From Patescibacteria group bacterium (GTDB lineage Bacteria; Patescibacteriota; Patescibacteriia; JAXHNJ01), in contig JBAZMP010000002.1 of assembly GCA_041649715.1 (NCBI GenBank), positions 196,964 to 260,963 on the forward strand: a stretch of 64,000 nucleotides of DNA. Reading direction: 5' to 3'. This document shows positions 55,828 through 64,000 of this stretch, one piece after another. Each line of letters opens with the position of its first letter. The stretch's first letter is position 1. Under the pieces are notes generated by a model. That model ran no database searches. It had not been told where the DNA came from and saw only the letters and a program-made list of their open reading frames with translations. A program made the translations under genes and the position numbers.

Positions 55828-56535
55828 ATGCCGGAAAAACAATCGGCCCAAGGCCGATCCGCCTCGGGCGGAGAAGAAAAAAAAAGCGAAAGTGAAGATC
55901 AAATTGACGCTAGTCATGTAAGGCCGGGTTTTAAGCGGCTAGCCAGGCTGCAGCGGAAAGAAGAATTTTTGCCTTCGTTCAGCAAGTCTTTCCTTTCTTT
56001 TGTGATAGAGGTAGTGAAGGTCGTGGTGATTTCTTTGGCCATTATCATTCCCATCCGGTATTTTCTTATCCAGCCTTTTTATGTGCGAGGCGCTTCCATG
56101 GAACCGAATTTTCACGACAACGAGTATTTGATCATCAATGAGATCGGTTACCGTTTTTCTGCCCCGCAGAGAGGGGACATTGTGGTCATTAAAAGCAAGC
56201 TTGTCGCCAAAGAGTACTTGATTAAAAGAGTGATCGGCTTGCCTCAAGAAAAAATAGAGATCAACGGCGGAGAAGTCAAAATTTACAATAAAGATAATCC
56301 AGAGGGAAGGGTTTTGAAAGAAGAATATCTGGCTAAAGATATTACGACCAGCGGCAATAATATCATTACTTTGAAAAGCGATGAATATTATGTCATGGGC
56401 GACAACCGTCCGTCATCCTTGGATTCGCGGAGCTTCGGCGCCATAAAAAGGGACGAGATCGTCGGCCAGGCGTGGCTGCGGGCCTGGCCTTTCTATAAAT
56501 TGAAGCATTTTACTACTCCCGAATATAATCTATAA
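55828..56535 (+). CDS. lepB: signal peptidase I
   Basis: S26 motifs GASMEPNF, VMGDNRPSSLDSR and GAIKRDEIVGQA. Start set at ATG 55828 to avoid overlap with the tRNA. Confidence 0.85.
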   Translation: MPEKQSAQGRSASGGEEKKSESEDQIDASHVRPGFKRLARLQRKEEFLPSFSKSFLSFVIEVVKVVVISLAIIIPIRYFLIQPFYVRGASMEPNFHDNEYLIINEIGYRFSAPQRGDIVVIKSKLVAKEYLIKRVIGLPQEKIEINGGEVKIYNKDNPEGRVLKEEYLAKDITTSGNNIITLKSDEYYVMGDNRPSSLDSRSFGAIKRDEIVGQAWLRAWPFYKLKHFTTPEYNL

Positions 56536-56539
56536 AATT

Positions 56540-57865
56540 ATGAACAAGAAAAAAGAAGCGAAGATAACGCCACCCGCGCTTTTGCGCGGCATGAAGGATA
56601 TCCTGCCTTCAGACCAAGACTATTGGTTCTGGCTAGGCGATAAAGTGAGGGCGATGGCGGCCGCCTACGGTTTTGAAAGAATCGATACCCCGATCATGGA
56701 GGGGACCTCTCTTTTCTCCCGTTCCATAGGCGAGGAAACAGATATTGTCAGCAAGGAAATGTATTCTTTCGTCGACCAGGGCGGCGATAAAATCACCCTG
56801 AGGCCGGAGGGCACGGCCCCGATCGCTCGAGCCTATATCGAGCACGGGATGATTAATCAGCCCCAGCCGATCAAGCTCTATTATTGGGGGCCCTTTTTCC
56901 GGCATGAAAGGCCGCAGGCGGGGCGTTATCGTCAGCTCTGGCAACTCGGCTTTGAGGTTTTAGGCGAAGCGGACCCGGTGATTGACGCTGAGATTATCCT
57001 TTTGGTCCATTCTTTTTACCAGGAAATCGGCTTGCCGGTGACCATCCAGGTGAACAGTATCGGCTGCCCGGTCTGCCGCGAGGATTACAAGCTGGTTTTG
57101 GTGGATTTTTTCCGGCCGCGCCGCAGTTCGCTGTGTGAAGATTGCAAAAAAAGACTGGTAAAAAATCCCTTAAGGATTTTAGACTGTAAGGTTAAGGAAT
57201 GCGCAGAGATCGCCAAGGAAGTGCCGCAGATTGTTGATCATCTCTGCGAGGATTGCCGTCTTCATTTTACCCAGGTTTTGGAATTTTTAGATGATCTGGA
57301 AATATCCTACTCCTTGAATCCTCATTTAGTGAGGGGTTTGGATTATTACACTAAGACCATTTTTGAGGTCTGGACGGCCGACGGAGAGGTCGGCAGTCAG
57401 TCGGCCTTGGCTGGCGGCGGACGCTACAATAATCTGGTGGAGAGCCTGGGCGGCCGGCCGACGCCGGCGATCGGTTTTGCCGCAGGCATAGAAAGGATGA
57501 TCATTAAACTGAAGGAAAAAAATATCGCGGCCCCGGCGGCCGACAGACGAGAGATTTTTGTCGCTCAATTAGGCGACAAGGCGCGGAAAAAATGCCTGAA
57601 ACTTTTCGAGGAGCTGCGCCGGGATGGTTTTAAGGTAAGAGAGAATTTGTCCAAGAACGGATTGAAAGATCAGCTGGAAGTGGCTAACAAACTCGGCGTG
57701 AAGTTTGCCCTGATTATCGGCCAGAAGGAAATCATGGATGACACGGTCCTTATCCGCGATATGGAAAGCGGCATTCAGGAAGTGTTGGATTATAAAAGGA
57801 TCGCTCAAGAAGTGAGGAAGCGTCTGGAAAAATCCAACACCAATTTTATCAACCATACGCCCTAA
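56540..57865 (+). CDS. hisS: histidyl-tRNA synthetase
   Basis: Class II aaRS motifs (FRHERPQAGRYRQ, GGGRYNNLV) and HisRS-type architecture. Confidence 0.85.
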   Translation: MNKKKEAKITPPALLRGMKDILPSDQDYWFWLGDKVRAMAAAYGFERIDTPIMEGTSLFSRSIGEETDIVSKEMYSFVDQGGDKITLRPEGTAPIARAYIEHGMINQPQPIKLYYWGPFFRHERPQAGRYRQLWQLGFEVLGEADPVIDAEIILLVHSFYQEIGLPVTIQVNSIGCPVCREDYKLVLVDFFRPRRSSLCEDCKKRLVKNPLRILDCKVKECAEIAKEVPQIVDHLCEDCRLHFTQVLEFLDDLEISYSLNPHLVRGLDYYTKTIFEVWTADGEVGSQSALAGGGRYNNLVESLGGRPTPAIGFAAGIERMIIKLKEKNIAAPAADRREIFVAQLGDKARKKCLKLFEELRRDGFKVRENLSKNGLKDQLEVANKLGVKFALIIGQKEIMDDTVLIRDMESGIQEVLDYKRIAQEVRKRLEKSNTNFINHTP

Positions 57866-57867
57866 AA

Positions 57868-58200
57868 ATGGAAGATTGTATTTTTTGCCAAATTGTCGCC
57901 AAAAAAATTCCCGCGCGCATTTTTTGGCAAAATGATGAATTTCTCGTTTTCTATGAAATCAAACCCAGGGCACCTCTTCATCTCCTGGTCATTCCTAAAA
58001 AACACCTCGTTCTTGACGAAGTCGGAGAAGGAGAAGCCAACCTTTTGGCAAACCTTATTTTAACGGCCAAAAAAGTGGCGGAAAAAGCGGGTTTGTCGCA
58101 GGGTTATCGCCTGGTCATAAATAATGGTCGGCAGGCAGGCCAGGAAGTTGACCACTTGCATCTGCATCTCCTGGGCGGCGGTAAGCTGGCGGCTTTTTAG
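57868..58200 (+). CDS. HIT family protein
   Basis: Histidine triad HLHLHLLGG. Confidence 0.85.
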   Translation: MEDCIFCQIVAKKIPARIFWQNDEFLVFYEIKPRAPLHLLVIPKKHLVLDEVGEGEANLLANLILTAKKVAEKAGLSQGYRLVINNGRQAGQEVDHLHLHLLGGGKLAAF

Positions 58201-58201
58201 T

Positions 58202-58230
58202 TTGACTTAATACAATTAAAATGTTATATT
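58202..58230 (+). promoter_or_regulatory. sigma70-like promoter TTGACT-17-TATATT for rpsU-yqeY
   Basis: TTGACT at 58202-58207 and TATATT at 58225-58230. A 12-bp perfect inverted repeat overlaps the -10. Confidence 0.5.
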
Positions 58231-58274
58231 ATTAAAGCTAATAATATAACACTTTTGAAAAGGAGGTGAACAAC

Positions 58275-58559
58275 TTGGTCGAGGTACGGAAAAGAGACGG
58301 AGAATCGGTGGAAAGCCTCTTGAGGCGTTTTACCAGGCGAATGCAACAAAGCGGAACATTGCTCCGGGCCAAGAAAGGGAGATTCTACCAGCCCCCCAAA
58401 AACAAAAGACAAGTGAAAGAAGAAGCTTTGCGGCGGAAATCCTTGCGGGAAACCAAGGAATATTTGCGTAAAACGGGGCAAATAGATGACATCCGTGATC
58501 CCAAAAAATTGAGCCAGATTCTAAAACTTACTTTAAAGCAAAAAGAAAAAAAGAAATGA
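58275..58559 (+). CDS. rpsU: 30S ribosomal protein S21
   Basis: VEVRKRDGESVESLLRRFTRR...GRFYQPP is S21-like. A TTG start at 58275 lies 8 nt after the AGGAGG SD; the track's start at 58266 overlaps the SD. Confidence 0.75.
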   Translation: MVEVRKRDGESVESLLRRFTRRMQQSGTLLRAKKGRFYQPPKNKRQVKEEALRRKSLRETKEYLRKTGQIDDIRDPKKLSQILKLTLKQKEKKK

Positions 58560-59014
58560 CCCTAAAGGAGCGACTGGAAGAAGATTATAAAACGGCTTTC
58601 AAACAGGGCCGCCATTTGGCCGTGGAGGCTTTAAGGATGCTAAAGGCCGAGGTGAAAAACGCCGAAATCGCCAAACGGAAAGATTTTGACGATCATGACG
58701 TGTTGGAAGTGATCCTGCGCGTGGCCAAACGACACCAGGATTCTATCACTGCTTTTAACAAAGGAGGGCGTCAAGATCTAGCCGACCACGAAAAAGAGCA
58801 GCTGGCGGTTTTGCAAGCTTATCTGCCGGCAAAACTTTCCGAAGAAGAACTTAGGGATATTATCAATGAATTGATAGCGGAAAGCGGAGCCAAGGGTCCG
58901 GCGGATTTCGGCCGGGTAATGGGTTCGGTCATGAAGCAGGTAAAAGGCCAGGCCGACGGCACGCTGATCAGTAAAATCGTCAAAGAAGAACTAAATAAAA
59001 AACAAACCACTTAA
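58556..59014 (+). CDS. GatB/YqeY domain protein
   Basis: YqeY-like sequence, in the usual position downstream of rpsU. Confidence 0.75.
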   Translation: MTLKERLEEDYKTAFKQGRHLAVEALRMLKAEVKNAEIAKRKDFDDHDVLEVILRVAKRHQDSITAFNKGGRQDLADHEKEQLAVLQAYLPAKLSEEELRDIINELIAESGAKGPADFGRVMGSVMKQVKGQADGTLISKIVKEELNKKQTT

Positions 59015-59028
59015 AAAGCCTGATTCGT

Positions 59029-62000
59029 ATGGGCAGAGGAGGCAAAAAAAATATTTATCTTGGTATCCTCGCGGTCGTTTTTTTGTCGGTCGGCGGTTTT
59101 TTTGTCTGCGCTCATTTAGCCTCCGCCCAGACGGCGTTGCAGTTAGAAGATGTCGGTGGCACCCTTGGCTTGACGACCGTAAACTTAAAGACCCTGGTCA
59201 TTAATATTATCAGATGGTTTTTAGGCATTATCAGCCTGGTGGCGGTGGCTTATCTTATCTACGGCGGAATTTTGTGGCTGACCTCGGCGGGCAACGAAGA
59301 AAAGATCAAAAAAGCGAAAAAGACAATATTAAACGCCATTATCGGTGTAATCATTGTGTTGCTGTCCTGGGCGATTTTTTTGCTGGTCACTCATTTTATC
59401 ACCGACGCGACTAACGGGAATGGAAATCAGGCCTGCACGCCCCCGGCCCATACCGCGGATGATTGTTATGTCTGTCAAGGATCGCCGCCGGTTTGGGTGC
59501 CCAACGGCAGTCCGGCCAATCCCGCCCTTTGCTTGGCTTTTCCCACGGATTTTAGGCTGAACGACATAGAAACCAGCGCTATTTCCGACCTCTCGGAAAT
59601 TTATACCTGCAGCAATATCCAATCGCGGTTCAATAACGGCGTCTACGGTACCTCGGTCGATAGCGCGGTGACGGCCGATACTTTAAAGATCGAGAAAGTC
59701 GATGGTTCAGTGAAAAAGGAAGGAGCCTGGCAGACTAACGCCAGGACGGTTACCTTCTATCCCAGGCGATGCTCGAATCCGCCCAATGATCCCTGCCGGT
59801 ACGACGCCGATTGCGGCGGCGGCAATACCTGCGATGTGGTCTACTTTGACGATCTTTCCGATTACAGGCTGCATCTGCCAAAAAGCATTCAGGATGTGTC
59901 GGCCCCCGTCAGGAAGAATCTTTCAAGTTTTGATACTCTTGTTCTTGGCCCATGGTGCCAAGACGCCGGAACAGAAATCCAGTGCACTTTTCATACCAGT
60001 GATCAGAAGGATATTGCCGAACCCATCCTGGTGAGCGCTTATCCCGTATTATCAACCCAAGCTGGTTATCCCGACACAAACGTGCCGCGGCTACCGACCA
60101 TTTCCGTGCTTTTTTCCGAAAATGTTGACGCCGGCACCGTGGTCGATTCAGTTAACCCGTCTTTGCCTAACAGCAATAATATTTTCATACAGCAATACGA
60201 CGCCCAAAACGGAAGCCTAAAAGTAGGCGGCGCGGTCGACTCAAATTCGGATGGGACCGTCGACCCGGACAAGTTAAGGGTGGGCGAAGCAGCTAATGGC
60301 TTTAATCTTTTCCTCCAGGGCGGTTATTTCGAAGCTTTTACCTGGTATAAAATAACGGTCCAAAATATTGAGGATCTTTGCGGTAACACCATGACGCCGG
60401 CCTCGGTCGAATGGTGGTTTGAAACCAACGATGTCGTGCCCGGCTTTACCGGATTTTATCCCACCGGCAACAATGAATGTCCGGACGTCCATGCTTGGGC
60501 GACTTTTGGCACGGCCATGTACATGTATGACGTGACTTTAACGATCAACGATATTTCTGCTGGGCCCAAAGACGCGCCACGAGTCATCGGTATAAACGGC
60601 AGCACGACCACAACGGGGAGCGCAAGCAACTATGCCGGTACCTTGACCATTCGGGATTTTAACGAGAGTACGCCGGCCAACGGCAACAAATGGTATGAGT
60701 TTGTTCCAGCCACGCCATTTTCTCCCAGCCATACCTACGCGGCGACGATCGCGACCAATCTGGTCATTGATACGTCTGGCGGCACGCTTGCTACTGCTTG
60801 GCAATTTAAGGTGGCGACCGCCGCCGATTGCACCTGTACCCCCGCTATCGCTTCCTTGAGCCCGGCCCCATCGGCCGGCCTGATCGGCGAATGCCTGACC
60901 ATCAACGGCAGCTGTTTTACCGGTACCGCTGCCCACGCGGCGACACCGATAAATTTGACTTTTGGCAGCTTAACAGCTGATATTCAGGGTTTTGGAAACA
61001 ATTTTATTACCACCATCTCGCCTGATCCGCGTCCCGTCACTTTTCCCAATACCGTGGCCATTAAATTTTCTATTGATTACGGCGCGACTTACGGCGTGCA
61101 AAACACGGCCGCCGGCTATAACTATACCTATAATAGCGACAAGGAAGCCACCGGCCCCTGTCTTTTTTCTATTTCGCCAAGCGTGACCTATCCGGGCACG
61201 GCCGTCACTTTAACCGGAATCCGGTTTAACCCGGCCAACCCGGCGACGAGAAGAATTGACTTCATTCCGCCTGGATTGTCGCCCTCCATTTCTTCTTGGT
61301 CAGACGGACAAATATACAGTTCGGTTCCAAGCACCTCCTTTAGCGGGACCAGCAACGCTAGCCTCACTAATGATATCGGTACTTCAAATAGCGTTCCTTT
61401 TACAATCAATCAGTACCCGCCTGGCGTGCCGGTAGTCACCCGGTATTGGCCGACTTGCGATTCGGCCTGCACCAACGCGGTGGCCGGGGCCACGTTCAGT
61501 GAAGAGATGGACAGGAATACGATGACGACCGCTAATATCAAATTAGACCATTGCACAGATATTGATTGTAATGATTTTGTTATGCCGGCTCCCGTATATT
61601 CCGTAAGTTATGATATCCCGGGCAAGACATTAACCATCATTCCTTCCGCTAACATGTTGCCTGACAGTTGGTATAAAGTGACCCTGCTCGAGGGAATCAA
61701 GAGCACGGCAAACGTGAGCATCGGCAATCCTAATGATGGAACCAGTTTTATTTGGAAATATAAAACTAAGAATGACGCCTCATTGTGCGCCCCGGCTTCA
61801 GTGGATGTCTCGCCGGCGACTTACACGGCGAAGATCAATCAGACTGATCTGCCATATACGGCCTATGCTAAAGGTTCGCCGGACAGCTGTAATGCCGGCG
61901 GTCAGATATTAAACGGCAATGCCTATGACTGGTCTTGGACCAGTTTGCCGTTGGGTTTGGCCAATGTCAGCAATACCGACAGCAATGGCGACGGCAATGT

Positions 62001-64000
62001 AGATTCTGCTCAAAGGGTTGCCACTCTGGGAAATCCGGGCGCGACCAATATATTCGCTTCAGTCGGCAGCTTAAACAATCGTGGTGTTTTAAATATTACA
62101 GTCGATCCGACCTATTGTTATGCCGACGCGGATTGCAACCCGCAACCGGCGAATCCTTGTCCGGGCAGTGTCTGCAGGGACAATCATTGCACGCCGGTGA
62201 TAAATTCCTTTTTACCCACGGACGGCGCCGTCGGCACCTGGGTGACGATTAACGGCTGTTGGTTCGGCAATTTCGAGGATGGTAAAAGCAAGGTATTATT
62301 TAGAGGTATTGGCGGCGATAAAGAGGGGATTGTTCCCAATCCGATGATTTGCGGTCCGGGTACCTGGACAAATACCCGGATTGTCCGCGAGTCCCCAAAC
62401 GCTTCGACCGCCGACCTTGCGGATGACGCGATTGACGGGTCGATAAAGGTCGTGCGGGGTTTTGATTCGGCGGAAGTGAGCACAGCCACTAATTTTGACG
62501 TAAACAATCTTTCTCATCCCGGCATTTGCTATGTCAATCCGGAAAGCGGCCGCGAAGGCATCACGGAGGTGCAGATTAGGGGCAAAAATTTCGGGACCAG
62601 CAAGCAATCCACCGATCATGTCACTTTTTATAATTCAGTCGGCCGGATTGAAGCGGATTATACGCCGGCCATTTGGGAAGATAATAATATCAGGGTTATC
62701 GTGCCGGTCGGCGCTCAGACTTCCTTAAACGAGGGCCTTAAAATTACGAAGGGTGCGATTGACAGCAATCCTTGGCCTTTTACCGTAGCGGCCGCCGACT
62801 GTACGCCTTGTACCGCCGACAGCGAGTGCGCGGCGCGCGCCTGCGGAGCGGATAAATGCTGTCATGATCGTCCGAGCGTCGCTTCTACCACGCCGTTGGA
62901 CGGCGCGACCAATGTCTGTTTGAATACGGTGATCGAGGTCCGTTTTAACCAAGATATGGATGTTGCTACTTTCACGCCTGGAAATATCACTGTTATGCGT
63001 TCCGGGCCACCGGCCGGACCCGTGCCCGTGAATTCACAAAATATCACCGCTGGCAGCCGTTGGTTGCGCCTGAACTTTGGTCTTTTGGCGGGTAATAACC
63101 AATACGTTATCAGGTTAGCCGCGGGCATCAAAAACGCGCAAGGAATCGCGATGGGCGGTGATTATCAATTCGGATTCACCACGGCCAATACTTCCGATCC
63201 CTGCCAGCTTTCTCGGATTACGATTGATCCGACTGTTCATACTTTTATGAAGTCTGATCCGGCAAAAGAATTTTCCGCTCAAGCCTACGATAATAATAAT
63301 AACCAAATAAATCGAATCCCCGGGGTTTATAGCTGGACGTGGTCTTGGTCAGTCGCCGACAGCAGTATTCTTGTCTTGAATGCCCCAGGTGATTCTGATA
63401 CGGTCAACGCTCAGCCCGCTGCTCCCCGGAAAAATGGCAACACTACTTTAAAAGTCGAAGCTAAGGCCCTAGACCCAGTGATTGGTTTCACTGGCAGCAA
63501 AGAGGCGACAGCGGCGGTGCGCGTGATCAATTGTGATGTGGCCTGGACTTTTACCGACCAGGCAAATAATTGCGAAAGTGACGTAATTTTTGGCGGATGC
63601 GGCAATAGCTATAATTTCCGCTTAGAATATTGTCGCGGTCTATACGGTCTATGCCAAGGCGGTTCAGCCGCGGATGTTTGTTCCGCCAATTACGCCGCCA
63701 CTTGTCCGACGGGAGAGACTTGTTGTCCAGCCGCGACTCCGAATTGTACTTTTACTAATAATAAGCCCTTGCCCTTTTTTGACATTCAGACGGCGAGCGG
63801 CCAGACCGGGAACGTTTTGAAACAGTTTCTTTTCAAGGAATCAGATGACACGAAGAAAGACGGCATCGGAGTGCGCATTTTTGCCAATCCCGAACTGCTT
63901 TCCCCGACCGCCTGGTATGATATTAATATTAAGATAAAAGGTTCGCCGCAGACGACGACCGTTGATGGATATGAGGCGATCAGAGACGGCCGGACCGTTT
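59029..64000 (+). CDS. giant surface protein (more than 1650 aa, 3' end outside window): N-terminal two-TM pilin-like segment plus Cys-rich IPT/TIG-like repeats
   Basis: Frame-1 ORF from ATG 59029 (MGRGGKKNIYLGILAVVFLS...). No listed ORF occupies this frame to the window end, consistent with a frame that has no stop and is therefore not listed. Two hydrophobic helices flank LTSAGNEEKIKKAKK. Later repeats resemble IPT/TIG (ISPSVTYPGTAVTLTGIRFNP; INSFLPTDGAVGTWVTINGCWFG). Confidence 0.6.
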   Translation, partial: MGRGGKKNIYLGILAVVFLSVGGFFVCAHLASAQTALQLEDVGGTLGLTTVNLKTLVINIIRWFLGIISLVAVAYLIYGGILWLTSAGNEEKIKKAKKTILNAIIGVIIVLLSWAIFLLVTHFITDATNGNGNQACTPPAHTADDCYVCQGSPPVWVPNGSPANPALCLAFPTDFRLNDIETSAISDLSEIYTCSNIQSRFNNGVYGTSVDSAVTADTLKIEKVDGSVKKEGAWQTNARTVTFYPRRCSNPPNDPCRYDADCGGGNTCDVVYFDDLSDYRLHLPKSIQDVSAPVRKNLSSFDTLVLGPWCQDAGTEIQCTFHTSDQKDIAEPILVSAYPVLSTQAGYPDTNVPRLPTISVLFSENVDAGTVVDSVNPSLPNSNNIFIQQYDAQNGSLKVGGAVDSNSDGTVDPDKLRVGEAANGFNLFLQGGYFEAFTWYKITVQNIEDLCGNTMTPASVEWWFETNDVVPGFTGFYPTGNNECPDVHAWATFGTAMYMYDVTLTINDISAGPKDAPRVIGINGSTTTTGSASNYAGTLTIRDFNESTPANGNKWYEFVPATPFSPSHTYAATIATNLVIDTSGGTLATAWQFKVATAADCTCTPAIASLSPAPSAGLIGECLTINGSCFTGTAAHAATPINLTFGSLTADIQGFGNNFITTISPDPRPVTFPNTVAIKFSIDYGATYGVQNTAAGYNYTYNSDKEATGPCLFSISPSVTYPGTAVTLTGIRFNPANPATRRIDFIPPGLSPSISSWSDGQIYSSVPSTSFSGTSNASLTNDIGTSNSVPFTINQYPPGVPVVTRYWPTCDSACTNAVAGATFSEEMDRNTMTTANIKLDHCTDIDCNDFVMPAPVYSVSYDIPGKTLTIIPSANMLPDSWYKVTLLEGIKSTANVSIGNPNDGTSFIWKYKTKNDASLCAPASVDVSPATYTAKINQTDLPYTAYAKGSPDSCNAGGQILNGNAYDWSWTSLPLGLANVSNTDSNGDGNVDSAQRVATLGNPGATNIFASVGSLNNRGVLNITVDPTYCYADADCNPQPANPCPGSVCRDNHCTPVINSFLPTDGAVGTWVTINGCWFGNFEDGKSKVLFRGIGGDKEGIVPNPMICGPGTWTNTRIVRESPNASTADLADDAIDGSIKVVRGFDSAEVSTATNFDVNNLSHPGICYVNPESGREGITEVQIRGKNFGTSKQSTDHVTFYNSVGRIEADYTPAIWEDNNIRVIVPVGAQTSLNEGLKITKGAIDSNPWPFTVAAADCTPCTADSECAARACGADKCCHDRPSVASTTPLDGATNVCLNTVIEVRFNQDMDVATFTPGNITVMRSGPPAGPVPVNSQNITAGSRWLRLNFGLLAGNNQYVIRLAAGIKNAQGIAMGGDYQFGFTTANTSDPCQLSRITIDPTVHTFMKSDPAKEFSAQAYDNNNNQINRIPGVYSWTWSWSVADSSILVLNAPGDSDTVNAQPAAPRKNGNTTLKVEAKALDPVIGFTGSKEATAAVRVINCDVAWTFTDQANNCESDVIFGGCGNSYNFRLEYCRGLYGLCQGGSAADVCSANYAATCPTGETCCPAATPNCTFTNNKPLPFFDIQTASGQTGNVLKQFLFKESDDTKKDGIGVRIFANPELLSPTAWYDINIKIKGSPQTTTVDGYEAIRDGRTV

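Overview
This is a bacterial chromosomal window that is gene-dense and mostly on the + strand. Gene sizes and content suggest a Patescibacteria/CPR-like or reduced Gram-positive-type genome, but that is inference only.

The first ~28 kb is mainly housekeeping genes: GNAT acetyltransferase, ZIP metal transporter, STAS protein, ferredoxin, CAP-domain protein, a DsbA-like oxidoreductase, lgt, adjacent tRNA-Met and tRNA-fMet, tRNA-Leu, parA/parB, an O-antigen-ligase/TPR membrane protein, a secreted tandem-repeat protein, topA with MazG-like and dprA genes, mfd, pth and an LCP protein.

From about 28.4 to 55.6 kb there is one tightly packed + strand array of roughly 20 genes with mostly overlapping or near-abutting ends (tens of nt of spacing in a few places). 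It contains:
- five B12-binding radical-SAM enzymes in the array (plus one more at 2.1 kb) and one radical-SAM/SPASM enzyme;
- four family-2 glycosyltransferases and a GtrA-like flippase;
- three SAM methyltransferases;
- an exosortase/archaeosortase-like membrane protein;
- five giant polytopic membrane proteins that look GT-C-like, four of which end in a conserved C-terminal TM-basic-WWxKDEE tail.
This locus is the most likely candidate for an undescribed envelope glycan modification or sorting system.

The locus ends at tRNA-Val. It is followed by lepB, hisS, a HIT protein, rpsU, yqeY and a surface-protein ORF of more than 1650 aa that runs off the window. That giant ORF and a minus-strand gene at the 5' edge are missing from the ORF track because their stops lie outside the window.

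Other oddities:
- a GIY-YIG nuclease gene sits between tRNA-Met and a hairpin-disrupted partial copy of that tRNA;
- the DsbA-like protein appears circularly permuted;
- a stand-alone zinc-ribbon repeat protein follows topA;
- there is a candidate structured RNA between pth and mfd;
- there is a recurring sigma70-type promoter consensus (TTGACA-17-TAATAT).
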